Assembly (NCBI GenBank): GCA_951406725.2 | Contig: OX597831.1 | Coordinates: 41,850,001 to 41,914,000, forward strand | DNA length: 64,000 bases | Direction of reading: 5' to 3' | DNA from: Octopus vulgaris | Lineage: Eukaryota | Shown here: positions 38,313-51,509 of the stretch, piece after piece | Numbering within the stretch: position 1 is the stretch's first letter | Layout: each line of letters starts with the position of its first letter | Notes under the pieces: generated by a model | Told to the model about the DNA's origin: nothing | Databases searched by the model: none | What the model saw: the letters and a program-made list of their open reading frames with translations, nothing else | Made by a program: the position numbers and the translations under genes

Positions 38313-39782
38313 AGTTAGGATTTAGGGTTTAAGTTAAAATTTAAGGTAAAGTTAGGATTTAGGTTTAAGGTTAGGATTTAGGGTTTAAGTTAAAATTTAA
38401 GGTTAGGATTTAGGGTTAAAGTTAGGATTTAGGTTTAAGGTTAGGATTTAGGGTTTAAGTTAAAATTTAAGGTTGGGGTTTAGGGGGTTATGATTTAGGT
38501 TTAAGGTTAGGATTTAGGGTTTAGGGTTAAAGTTAGGATTTAGGTTTAAGGTTAGGATTTAGGGTTTAAGTTAAAATTTAAGGTTAGGGTTTAGGGTTAA
38601 AGTTATGATTTAGGTTTAAGGTTAGGATTTAGGGTTTAAGTTAAAATTTAAGGTTGGGGTTTAGGGTTAAAGTTATGATTTAGGTTTAAGGTTAGGATTT
38701 AGGGTTTAGGGTTAAAGTTAGGATTTAGGTTTAAGGTTAGGATTTAGGGTTTAAGTTAAAATTTAAGGTTAGGGTTTAGGGTTAAAGTTAGGATTTAGGT
38801 TTAAGGTTAGGATTTAGGGTTTAAGTTAAAATTTGAGGTTAGGGTTTAGGGTTAAAGTTAGGATTTAGGTTTAAGGTTAGGATTTAGGGTTTAAGTTAAA
38901 ATTTGAGGTTAGGGTTTAGGGTTAAAGTTAGGATTTAGGTTTAAGGTTAGGATTTAAGGTTTAAGTTAAAATTTAAGGTTAGGGTTTAGGGTTAAAGTTA
39001 GGATTTAGGTTTAAGGTTAGGATTTAGGGTTGAAGTTAAAATTTAAGTTTTGGGTTTAGGGTTAAAGTTAGGATTTAGGTTTAAGGTTAGGATTTAGGGT
39101 TTAAGTTAAAATTTAAGGTTAGGATTTAGGGTTAAAGTTAGGATTTAGGTTTAAGGTTAGGATTTAGGGTTTAAGTTAAAATTTGAGGTTAGGGTTTAGG
39201 GTTAAAGTTAGGATTTAGGTTTAAGGTTAGGATTTAAGGTTTAAGTTAAAATTTAAGGTTAGGGTTTAGGGTTAAAGTTAGGATTTAGGTTTAAGGTTAG
39301 GATTTAGGGTTTAAGTTAAAATTTGAGGTTAGGGTTTAGGGTTAAAGTTAGGATTTAGGTTTAAGGTTAGGATTTAGGGTTTAAGTTAAAATTTGAGGTT
39401 AGGGTTTAGGGTTAAAGTTAGGATTTAGGTTTAAGGTTAGGATTTAAGGTTTAAGTTAAAATTTAAGGTTAGGGTTTAGGGTTAAAGTTAGGATTTAGGT
39501 TTAAGGTTAGGATTTAGGGTTTAAGTTAAAATTTAAGGTTTGGGTTTAGGGTTAAAGTTAGGATTTAGGTTTAAGGTTAGGATTTAGGGTTTAAGTTAAA
39601 ATTTAAGGTTAGGGTTTAGGGTTAAAGTTAGGATTTAGGTTTAAGGTTAGGATTTAGGGTTTAAGTTAAAATTTAAGGTTAGGGTTTAGGGTTAAAGTTA
39701 GGATTTAGGTTTGAGGTTAGGATTTAGGGTTAAGGTTTATGGTTAGCGTTCGCGTTTAGGGTTAGGATTAAGGTTAGGATTA
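38313..39782 (+). repeat. Telomere-like minisatellite, 70-bp unit, ~20 copies
   Basis: Unit gttaggatttaggtttaaggttaggatttagggtttaagttaaaatttaaggttagggtttagggttaaa recurs every 70 nt (38761, 38831, 38901 ... 39671). Confidence 0.95.
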
Positions 39783-40596
39783 AAGGAAGCCGATCAATAG
39801 GGATCGTGTATCACAGAAATGTCATAATGTAAAAGGGGAAACAGATTAGGTTTATCCGTGGGAAAAACCCTACGGAAAAGACCACGGTAGCCTCGGGCAA
39901 TAATGTCATACAAAAAACAGATTACAGTAAATGACATTCTTTTTTCCTTTCGTTTTCTGGTTCATGGGATTATGCTCAAAGTGGCCCCGTCATTCACACG
40001 TGCCATCTTTGCTACATTCACCCATCTTTTTTTGAAGCATTCACTAGACAAAACTTCCCTCTCTACTCTCACCTTCCTCTTCAAGTGATACTTGAAGTTG
40101 ATGAGAGATTGACCAGAGAGGAAAGTGTTTGTCTCTAGACCTTCCAGACGCGTCCACCATACCACGTTCTTTCGCCATAGCCATAAGTACAATGAAAATG
40201 GCTCTTCCTTCCCGTTTCAAGGAAGGAGGCGCGACAATATTCACGATAGACTCGGTTGATAAACGGACTCGTCCCACACGCGACAGCAGTCGTTCGACAT
40301 AAGCCCACAGGTCGGAAAATGGTTGGACACTGTACGAGTGCGTGCAGGCAGGTGGGGGGGGGGGGCAAACAAATCGACTACTATATTTTTAAATATTACT
40401 AAGCATTTTACAACAGGTAAACCCTGTTAAGAAAAAAAAATCTAATTCAGATTTACCGATGTTTTCTTTTCAACGTGGATAGACGAGTCTTTAAATGATA
40501 CAGCTAAATATAAACGGGTATCTATATGTTGTTAATGTGTGCGTGTGCAAAAAAGTGACCCAACTTGGTTTTCCGTTTCTAGTATTTCTTATCATG

Positions 40597-40636
<40 letters not shown>

Positions 40637-40843
40637 CAAAAATACAATGTAGTCCATTTATGTGGAAATCTATTTCATCATAGATATAATGTAACTATCT
40701 CACACTATTGGTGTTGTTATCAATATCTTATCGTATGCAATGTACACAATCTCAAACGCTTAAACAACACTCTATCTATCTATTTATCTATCTATCTCCA
40801 TACATATATGTATATATACATACACACACACACACACACACAC

Positions 40844-40902
<59 letters not shown>

Positions 40903-41969
40903 TGTATGTATGTATGTATATATATTCTTTTATTTGTTTCAGTCATTTGACTGCGGCCATGCCGGTGTACCGCCTTTAGTCGAACAAATCGACCCCAGGA
41001 CTTATTCTTTTGTAAGCCTAGAACTTATTCTATCGGTCTTTTTTGCCGAGCCGCTAACTTACGAGGACGATAACACACCAACATCGGTCGTCAAGCTATG
41101 GTGGGGGATAAACACAAACTCGTAGATACATACATATATGAAGGGCTTCTTTCAGTTTCCGTCTACCAAATCCGCTCACATGGCTTTGGTCGGTCAGAGG
41201 CTAGAGTAGAAGACTCTTCCCCAAGGTGCCACACAATGTAACTGAACCCGGGACCATGTGGTTGAGAAGCAAGCTTCTTACTATATAATTTCAGTCTCGG
41301 CTCAAAGCTGTGGCCATGCTGGGGCACCGCCGTTTTGCTACACTGTTATTATTGAGAGCCTCCTCTTATATGTGGCAATTTAGTGAATAAGCGGGGTTGA
41401 TGTCGGTACCCTCACTTGCAACTCTTGCCGCGACGTAGGTTCATTTGGGACTCGACAAGAAGAGGTTCAGTTTTGATTTGAAAACACCTACATCCACTCT
41501 GTGTAGGTCCCTCAGGCTCTTTGGGAGAATATTAAAAAGTTGTGGGCCCCTGAAACCCAGGCTGCTGTATATTTTTATTGACATTTAGCAGAAGCAACAG
41601 AGTGAATCAAGGGCCGAGAGTTTCGTAAGTTGGCACTAATTTAACTCGTTTGATAAGTGCTAACGCAAGAAATTCTCGGCCCTTGAGTCACTGTTGTTTC
41701 TGCTAAATATTAATGTGTGTGCATCATTTTTTCTTACTCTCAATCTTTTTTATCGAAGAGCGTAGGCTCGAAACGTCAGACTTTTTCATCGTAAAGAGTG
41801 TATTTGACACTGAGTTTTACAAATGGAGATTTAGTGAATGTTCCCCTTGTGTGTGCTTGTGCTTATGTTTGTGTGCGAGTGAGAGAAGACAAGAGAGAGA
41901 GGGCAATAAAAAAAAATTTGCTTATAATTTATGACAGTAGACGAACCGACTGAGTTTGGTAAACTAAAC

Positions 41970-42268
41970 CAGAGGTTCCCAACAGGGATTCACAGAAGCT
42001 TTAAGGGGGGTCGACGAGTAAAAAATTGCAATTTGTGGGTCCCTATATAAATTTTGTTTACTAAAAGAGGCAACTGTGTTTATTGAAATTTTCAAGATTT
42101 GTATTTTGAATTTATGTTATGAATATAACGAAATTATTTTATTGTTAGTTTTTACTAACCTACAAACAAATATTTTATTTCAAAAATTTGCATGTGCATA
42201 TATGGGGTCCACAGATGACAAGATAGTTCTCAAGAGGTCCACAAGCAAAATAAGGTTGGGAACCCCTG
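41970..42268. mobile_element. hAT (Charlie-like) MITE
   Basis: TIR cagaggttcccaac / gttgggaacccctg; 8-bp TSD aactaaac/gactaaac. Confidence 0.8.
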
Positions 42269-43066
42269 GACTAAACACTGCAAGAGTGCTTTTTGAAACA
42301 AGTAAAAGATAGATAGATAGATAGACAAGCAGACAGACAGACAGATAGATAGATAGACAGGTATATGTATGTATGCATGTATGTTAATGTTTGTTTTACA
42401 TTCACTGGATCTTTTCGGTTTGAACGGCAGTTTTTTAAAATAATTTCCACGTAACTAAACACTTTTAAACTTCGTATACTGGTAGAATGTGTTTATAAAA
42501 CATCTTTTTCTCTTGGCTTTCTTGAGAAAATTCTATAGTTTGAAAGATTTTTTCTTTTCAATTTCTGCAATTTCAACCAATCAATGACGTCTATTGAGGT
42601 GAAAACATTCTGTGCCGTATGAATATGTCCCTCGTTTAAGAAACAGATTGGGTTTATTTACATTTCTGAAGAAAAAAATATACCCTTCCTCCCACCCTAA
42701 CCCTAAAACAGATTGAAATGCAATAGATCGATACTAGGGTCATAATTATGGGTGAAATTGCCGAGCGCTAATATATACTTTTGCAGAATACAAATTTATT
42801 ATTCTTATACAAGAATGTTATTGACCTCGAAGTTTCGGCTAGCTTGGCCATCGTCCGACTAATGTGTGTGTGTGTGTCTGTGCGTGTGTGTGTGTGTGTG
42901 TGTGTCTGTACACGTACATACACACACAGACACACTCATACACATTACATTGATTTACGCATACAACACATACACAGACATTACTTGTAGGTCAAACACA
43001 TAGAAACTGTATTTGTCTGTTGTATTCACTACGTCTCTTATCTTATTATTTCACTCACCTATAACT

Positions 43067-43114
<48 letters not shown>

Positions 43115-43454
43115 CTTTCTCTCGCCATTTTATTTAGTCTTCATCTCTCAAGAACCTTCTGTTTGTATCGTATTTTTTTCACAACGTCTTATGTATATGC
43201 GACAGTATTGTATAAGCAAAGAAGTATCGAAAGAAGTTGATACATTACGCATGTCGGTATATGTGTATACGAACGTACGTGCATGTGTGTTTGTGTGTAT
43301 GTGTATTGCTTTTGATAGGATGTGTGCGTATATTTATGTGTGTATGTATATGTGTGTGTGTATCTGTGTGTCTGTGTGCACGCGTGCGCGTGGCTGTTTA
43401 TGTAAGTCCATAAGAAAACCATTTTAAATCAGAGAAAATCCACCTCAAGGTCCA

Positions 43455-43780
43455 ACCGTCATTGCAATGTGGTGGTGACTTAGTGTACCTCAATGACCCA
43501 GATATATTCCAGCGAAGCGCAAACTCCTGGCAGGGCCTCCGACGCTGGACAGGTCAAAGGATAGAGGCCAAACTAATATGGACCACCTCTTCCCAGAGGT
43601 AAAAATGGGTTTGTGTAAGGCCAACACCTCTACCCAGAAAAAAAAGCGAAATTGCAGAAGCATCGATGGCAATTCCATACCAACAAATCCTTGAAGAGGA
43701 TGATCTTAAAAGACAGCCCAGAGTGAGAAGAGTGAAGAAAAGTTGCCGGTGGTTTTTACTCCACAGGTAGAGAAGGGCTT
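43455..43780 (+). mobile_element. Probable RTE-clade LINE 5' leader remnant
   Basis: gtggtg...ctcaatgaccc...cctggcagggcctcc...ggacaggtc...gaggccaaactaa...gggtttg...gccaacacctctaccc resembles, from memory, the 5' UTRs of BovB/Rex3-type RTE elements. Confidence 0.55.
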
Positions 43781-45375
43781 AAAACTAATCAAGCACTGTA
43801 TCCCTACCAAGAAAAAGTTCAGTTATAGAAGCATTGATTAACAAATGATAAGACCTGTGAGAGAAAGGCCTTGCTATCCAGATTTGGTAACAACGGAGAA
43901 ATGGTCCATAGACGGCGAAGAGCCTAAGGCACCAAAAGAGAATGATTCTTCCCAGACACAACAGCTTATGTAGCGTAAATACGTATGTATCAGACGGAAT
44001 ATACCTGCGATTGTAGCTTTTGAAGTTTTGAATACGTGTGTGTGTGTGTGTGTGTAAACATGGTTCTGCATCGATTAGGACGGAGATGAGTATTTATTTA
44101 TGATTAATCGGCAGATGTTAGAGTGACTTAAAGATCGAGAGCTTCGTGCACTTTATCAAAGATGAATATATTTTAGTCGTTCAATCAACTGAATTACTTG
44201 TTCATTTGTTTCAGCGTGCATATGGCTGTGTATTCCAGACACGTGTGTCTTTAACATACTCCTGAAGCAAAAATCAAGGTGACACACATAAGGCAAATGT
44301 GATAAGGACAAACTATTGACCTTTGAATTATAGAATAGGTGGTACAACCCAACCAACGGAGTGAGGTGATTTCTACAATAGTTTCTGTATAATTTCACTC
44401 AAAGTTTGGGTTGATCCGAGGCTTTTAAGGTAAAAGGCACGTTACCTAAGATGTCATGTAGGTGGAATTGAACTAAAGACCACGTGTTTGCAAATCGAAC
44501 TGCGTAACCGTTCGACTATGCACGTATACACATACATACTTATTTACCAATCTAATATACACTCACATTGTTTCGGGTTCAATTCAACTGCGCAGCACCT
44601 TGGACAAGTATCTTCTGCTATAACCCCCGGGTCGACCAGTGCCTTGTGAGTGAATTTGGAAAATGGAAATTGTGTGGAAGCCCGTCGTATTCACATATGT
44701 ACGTATGCATGTGTCTTTGTGTCTGTTTGTCCCTACCACCGCTTGGAAACCGACGTTGCTTTGTTCATGCCCCCGTAACCTAGTAGATGCTGATCTACAG
44801 AGGTGACCGATAGAATAAGTATCCAACTTTTAAAAAGTAATAATTAGTACTGGAGGTGATTTATTTGACTAAACCCAGCATTGCCGCAACAAGCTAAAGA
44901 TAAAACACACACACACATACACACACACACACACACACACAAACAAACACACACAGATAACAGGGTTGATATGGACGTGCGAGTGGGTCACATTTCAACA
45001 AAAACAATAAAATTAACCGTTTTCATGTTTTTCTACTTTGCAAATGGACGTCGACAGCGTCAAAACTTTAAACATAGTCACGCTACGAGATAAATGTTCG
45101 TGATACACAGTAGTAGTTTGTGGTGGCTGTGGTGGTGGTGACGGTAGTGGAGTTGTGCGTGCATGCGTGTGTGTGTGTGTGTGTGTGTGTGGCGAGCGAG
45201 AGAGAAAGAGAGAGCGATATAGGAGAAGGGAGATAAATGTTTTATTACTTCTGAAATCTGAACAAATCTATTTTTATTGATAGATGATAAATTGCAAAGC
45301 GTTATCTTTCTCTCTTTCGTTGGATAACTCGATGCTTTTCAAGTGTATCCTTGTTACTTTCCATGTAACAAGGAA

Positions 45376-45407
<32 letters not shown>

Positions 45408-45519
45408 TTACGCACGCGTGCACACACACATACACACAACGTATACAAAACCTTAGTCGCAATCGCTGTGTATCTTCTGTCTAGTACATATGTGTGAAGG
45501 CCTAGTGGTTAGAATGTAG

Positions 45520-45742
45520 GTGGCAGAAACGTTAGCACGCCGGACGAAATGCTTTGCGGTATTTCGTCTGCCGTTACGTTTCTGAGTTCAAATTCCGCCG
45601 AGGTCGACTTTACCTTTCATCCTTTCGGGGTCGATTAAATAAGTATCAGTTACGCACTGGGGTCGATATAATCGACTTAATCCGTTTGTCTGTCCTTGTT
45701 TGTTCACTCTATGTTTAGCCCCTTGTGGGTAATAAAGAAACA
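45520..45742 (+). mobile_element. SINE family A nested in the head of another SINE
   Basis: 13-bp TSD ggttagaatgtag (45507-45519, 45743-45755). Confidence 0.88.
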
Positions 45743-48520
45743 GGTTAGAATGTAGCAATCACGATCGTAAATAAGTATCATGGTTTCGATTCCTGGACCC
45801 GGGCAGTACGCTGTGTTCTTGAGCAAAACATTTCATTTCACGTTGCTCCCTTCCATCCAGATGTAAACGAGTTCAAGTAACAGCTGTGAAGTTAAAACCT
45901 GCGATGGTCCGTCATCCCGTTTAACGTGGTGTGTGTTGGGAAGTGAGGATGGGGTTTGTAATATACGCCATAGAAACCGAGTTATGATCAGGCCTTATGA
46001 TTCCAAGGGCTTATAACTGACCTAAGTAAATAATACATAGACTTCATGTAATATCACATCTGTTGTGATAAAGCAATAGGTACATACAATTAGCGCTGAA
46101 CATTGACTTGAGGCCCTAAAAAACCAACGTGAACTGTAATTAAAAACGAGGGCGTTATAGCCACATAATGACGACTGGCTGTAGGTAGTTTATCAACTGT
46201 GCATGTTCATGCTCTCCGATGATGGAATAGATCATTGCTATATTTCATTCTCCTTCCGATTATGGAATAGATCACTGATATATGGATTGCTACCACTTGT
46301 TTTGCACAACATGCACCATCTGCGCATCTGTTCTTGAAACAGCTGTAAGGACCTCTCTGCGCACCTGTTTACTTCCTTCTTTATATCTAAACTGGTGTAA
46401 TGACTCAACCATCATGTTTACAAGTATAAATTTCATAATTGTTTTGTCTGTTTATACCTTTATCCTTTCATGTAAATACTTATCTGTATACTAGCTGACC
46501 CTGTGCCGTCAGATGGCTAATTTTAGTATTTCATATATACATAAGGTATAAAATAAGGTACATAATAATCACAGACACAAACATTCACATACTTCCCTTG
46601 CACACACATACACACATATACTCAGAGTTGAAATGCTGTTTGATTTTTCTTTTCAGCGTTGAACATTTACCATCCCATTTCCAATGCACACACAAACACA
46701 CACACACATACACACACAAACATTCACATACCTCGCTTTTACATACACACACTCACACAATTGAACCGCTGATTTTTTTTTCATCCCTTCCTTCGATATT
46801 CATCTATCCCTCCTTCCTTTCTCATTCATATGTTGTGTTGGAAGAAAATAGAAGACGCGCTCTTTGCCACTGCCTTTCTCTCATTGCTATTACTTTCTCT
46901 CTCTCAGTCAGGGCTAATACTCTCACTACTTCTCCTTCACTGAATTACTATTTTCTATCCTCATCCTTCACTTATACTACTCTTTCTCCTACTCTGATCT
47001 TGGACATACATACATACATAAATACATACACACATACATACATACAAATATATAAAAACACTACGCTCATTATTATGCTAGGAGATTCATAGATATATTC
47101 TAAAATCTGAATTTCTTCCAACAATTGTGTGTTTTTATTATGCAAAAAATTTTGTCGTTTTTATTAAAGAGAAAATAAGTGTAAGAAACCTATCAGACAA
47201 AATCCCCGTGTTTAGAAATGTAAAGGGCTGAAAAACCTCGGAGTAAAATAATAATATTGATGTTTTCAAGTTTTGGCACAAGGCCAAAGAATTCGATTAC
47301 ATAAACCCCCACCCACCCACACACACCACCACCAGTACTCAACTGGTACTTATTTTTCCGACACTGAAAGGATGAAAGGTAAAGTCGACTTCGGCGGAAT
47401 TTGAACTCAGAACGCAAAGAAGGACGAAATATCGCTAAGTATTCTGCTCAGCGTGCTAATGACTCTGCTAGCTCGCCGTCTTTAGCCTTCACAATAATAA
47501 TAGAATCTGCGTTTATTTTTGCCATAAATTCTACAAAAATCTGATCAACGAAGGGACTGCAAAAACAGTCGCTTACAGGCCTTGTGCCTATAGTTGAAAG
47601 GATTATCATTATGAAGTCACATGGCCTGGTGGTTTAGAATGTTGCACATATAATATTACGATTACCAGACTGGGCAGTGTGTATTTCTTGAGTAAAACAC
47701 TTGTAGCGGGTATATTCAGCAATCGCTCGATATCACGATTCGCTAGAGTATTGCCCACATGATCAACAAAATCTCACCAATCACGACTTCGAGTCGAATA
47801 GGTTCGAACAATGATTTTTTTTTCTTTTGGCGTGCTTGTTTCTGAGCCCATCGACCAGTATAAATTCAGTAAGCGGTGACCACAAGTCAGAGAGCTTTGA
47901 CTAAAAAGATACGCGGGGCTATTTTTCTTTAAAAAAAAAGAAAGAAAGAAAGAAAGAAAGAAAGAATCTGAGTGAGATTTAGTGGCAATATTTAACCGGT
48001 CATGAGAACAAGTTCAGACCCTACTCTTGTTTCTCTTTGACTCGTTGATGTTTCTACATAACTTATGACTGAAAATATATGCGGTCCTATTAACACATTT
48101 GTTTGAAAAACGTAAAGACGAGAAGGGGAGAGAGAGGAGGAGATAGAGAGGGGTAGAAGGAGGGCGGGAGAGAGATAAAGAGAGAGAGAGAGAGGCGGAA
48201 AGACAGACAGGCTGACAGAGTTCTGGATCCATGCTCTGAGAAGGTCAAGCAACCGCATAAAATATCTGTAGACGAGGAAGAAATGAGTCGATTTAATCCG
48301 AGATCTACTGAACAGAATTTATTCCTGTAAATGTTTAATGTAATGTCTCTGATTTCAACTCGTTAAAAGAAGGTCTTCAAAGGTCAGACACTATAAAGTC
48401 TAGATGTCTCATTTAAACCGTTGTTTCGTTCAAGATAAAACCTCAAGTCTTGTAACCTTTAAGGAATGCTAAGAAAATATTTGGCGGGTTTATTTAGTTA
48501 TTTATTTATTTATTTATTTA

Positions 48521-48589
<69 letters not shown>

Positions 48590-48859
48590 GTCGGTTTTCT
48601 TTTTATCCCAGGACTTATTCTTCGTAAGCCTAGTACTTATTCTATCGGTCTCTTTTGCCGAACCGCTAAGTTACGGGGACGTAAACACAACAGCATCGGT
48701 TGTCAAGCGATATTGGGGGAACAAACACAGACACACAAACATACACACACACACACATACATATACATATATACGACGGGCTCCTTTCAGTTTCCGTCGA
48801 CCAAATCCACTCACCTTTCTCTGTGTTTACTTGTCCTGTTTTCCATTTTTTTCTCTCGT

Positions 48860-49432
48860 TGTCCACGTATTTTATGTTATTTGCACTGCGTTGAAGACCG
48901 TGTGGTGCCAGACATCGCGGTCAGCAGCCAGGTCTGACCAGCATTGGTGGTCAATATGACATGCTGTTAGAGACTTCTTGGGGCAGTCTTTGTAGCGCTT
49001 CCTCGGAGCTCTTCTCACACGGTGGCCGGTGGAGTGTTCGCCAAACAGGGCAATTTTAGGAAGGTGATGGTTCTCCATTCTGGAGACATGCCTTGCCCAT
49101 CGGAGGTGGGACTCAGTAGCATGGCTTCAATGCTGGAGATCTCGGCCCGCTCCAAAACTTCAATGTATGTGACGAAGTCACACCCGTGTATGTGGAGGAT
49201 GGTGCAAAGACATCGCTGGTGGAAGCGCTCGAGGAGACGGATGTGACTGCGGTAAGTAATCCAGGTCTCTGAGCCGTAGAGAAGAGTGGTGAGAACCACG
49301 GCCCTGTAGACTCTGATCTTTGTTTTGTTCTTCAGGTTATTATTGTGCCAAACACGTTTGTACAATCTGCCAAAGGACCTATTTGCCTTAGAGAGTCTAT
49401 TTTCAATTTCTTTGTCGGTCCTTACATTGGAT
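48860..49432 (-). mobile_element. RTE-BovB-like LINE fragment
   Basis: ORFs 49015..49365 and 48872..49078: TKIRVYRAVVLTTLLYGSETW...LERFHQRCL...LPKIALFGE...PRKRYKD. Confidence 0.9.
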
Positions 49433-49462
49433 AGTAAATAAGCAAACTACCCATTATATTAT

Positions 49463-49690
49463 TTAACCCTTTAGTGTTTAAACCGGCCATACCAGGCCAA
49501 AATTGTTTTCCTGCTTTATGCTCAAACCAGCCATCTCTGACCTCTCACACCTACCCTACAAAGTCATTCTAAAAATAAACAGGGACATCATCAAAATCTC
49601 AGAGTTACAAGATGCTGTTCAATTCATTTTAAACAATGTGATTAAACAGGCTTTACATTTGACAGAGGAATCTGAATGCTAATGGGTTAA
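49463..49690. mobile_element. piggyBac-type MITE (TTAA TSD); related copies at 58872-59083 and ~4051-4275
   Basis: ttaa-ccctttag ... ctaatggg-ttaa termini; shared interior cctctcacac.tac.ctacaa...catcatcaaaatctca. Confidence 0.75.
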
Positions 49691-49780
49691 TTAATTAAAA
49701 TAATATTTATTACATTTATATGAAATTGAGCTATTTTTTCTGTCATTTTTTCCTTAGCCAAAATTGTACATTTTCCCTGT

Positions 49781-49860
49781 TCGACCACTCATCACTGTAG
49801 CACCTTGTCGACCACTCATCACTGTAGCACCTTGTCGACCACTCATCACTGTAGCACCTT
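49781..49860. repeat. Three perfect tandem copies of a 27-bp unit
   Basis: tcgaccactcatcactgtagcaccttg at 49781, 49808 and 49835. Confidence 0.95.
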
Positions 49861-50339
49861 AAAGAATATTGATTTCTAACATAGACAGGAAGTCGATTAT
49901 ATTGATCTCACACATTTACTGGTGGTTACTTCTATTGATCTAAGAGGAACGAAATGGAAAATTAGCCTCTCGGTGAGTAACGAAGTCAGAAACGTAAGTC
50001 CATCTGTACATCATTGTCTCGTTTCCATGGATTCAAAAGGTCAGCCGCCCAGTTTCCGTAACATATAAAACGACCGAAATCACAACATTCTCCCTGAACG
50101 ATGCCCCAGGGTTACTCGTTTACGGCTGCATGGACTAGAGCAGTGTGAAACAAAGTATTTGGTCAAGAATACAACGCACCGTCCGGTCCGAGAATCGAAA
50201 CCGCGATCTTGCGATCCTATCTACAACACCCTAACCACTAGACCACGCACTTTCACCCAGGACGTTTAAAACGCTACTAAATACTGCAAGACATTTTGTA
50301 TGATGCTCAATCGATTCTGACCCCTTAAAGAGTTTTATG

Positions 50340-50770
50340 GGATCTTTTCTGTTTGAATAGCAGTTTTTTCTAGCGGTGTCATATGAAATTGTCACCCATA
50401 ATTATGACCCTAGTATCGATCTATTGCATTTCAATCTGTTTGGGGGTTAGGGTTAGTTAGGGTCAGGGTTAGGGTTGGGGGGGTATCTTTTTTTATTCAG
50501 AAATGTAAATAAACCCAATCTGTTTCTTAAACGAGGGACATATTCATACGGCACAGAATGTTTTCACCTCAATAGAGGTCATTGATTGGTTGAAATTGCA
50601 GAAATTGAAGAACAAAAGCAACAAATATCTTACAAACTATAGAATTTTCTCAATAAAGCTAAGAGAAAAAGGTGTTTTATAAACACATTCTACAAGTATA
50701 CGAAGTTTAAAAGTGTTTAGTTACGCGGAAATTATTTAAAAAAAAACTGCCATTCAAACCGAAAAGATCC
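50340..50770 (+). mobile_element. MITE, same family as 16117-16547 (reverse partial copies at 32708-33100 and 42407-42755)
   Basis: Perfect 8-bp TSD gttttatg (50332-50339, 50771-50778); ~28-bp TIRs. Confidence 0.88.
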
Positions 50771-50861
50771 GTTTTATGCGCGAAGGATGGATACTAGATA
50801 GAATGTTGTATAAAACAGGAAAAGAAAGACAGGAGGATATTATTAAAAGCAAGAGATAGTG

Positions 50862-50914
<53 letters not shown>

Positions 50915-50997
50915 GAGAGTCAATGACAGAGAGAGTGAAAACGAGAAAAGTAGATATGAAAGAACGCTGGGTTAACTTCAAGGAAATTTATTTCCAA

Positions 50998-51509
50998 CTA
51001 GCAGTATCGCCCGGCGTTGCTCGGGTTTGTAAGGGAAATAACTATATAAGCATTTTTAGAGAGTTACTTCCCTTATAGATGCCAATTCGGGCTTTCTTAG
51101 CCATTTCTGTTTTGGTGTCTTCAAGCCATGAAGTCGTTGTTCTAAAAGAACGCTGGTCTCCTTGACAACGCTTTACGACGTTGATTTCCTTACACTCCCT
51201 TCCCCACAGCTTCACGAGGGCGGGAAGACGGGGAGAAGCAAACAGGTGCAGGTGTGACCATGGACGCCAACTCCGCCGCCATCGACACACGAAAAATTAT
51301 GCATTAAAATGGAATAAAAAATCATGTTAAATTATTTTTTAAATCGTAGGCTCATCGTAGACGCGCGCTAATACTCAGACGGGCTCGATATTAATCACGA
51401 CTATAAGATACCCGAATTTGGTTAAACTGCACCGCAAAATGTGGGAGTAGTTAGGAATCTAAATCGAAGGGGACAGACACTCACACAACTACAGTTTTAT
51501 ATACATAGA
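50998..51509 (-). mobile_element. Non-autonomous Helitron sharing the 3' end but not the interior
   Basis: ctagcagtatcgcccggcgttgctcgggtttgtaagggaaataacta...gagagtta matches the 3' terminus of the other two copies; the interior is unrelated and GC/CpG-rich. Confidence 0.75.

Noticed and set aside
38313-39782. True telomere or chromosome fusion site
   Set aside because: The array is a degenerate 70-bp unit in one orientation with ordinary DNA on both sides; no pure (TTAGGG)n tract or head-to-head junction.
49781-49860. 27-bp repeats resembling a CRISPR array
   Set aside because: The repeats are contiguous with no spacers, the context is eukaryotic and there are no cas genes.
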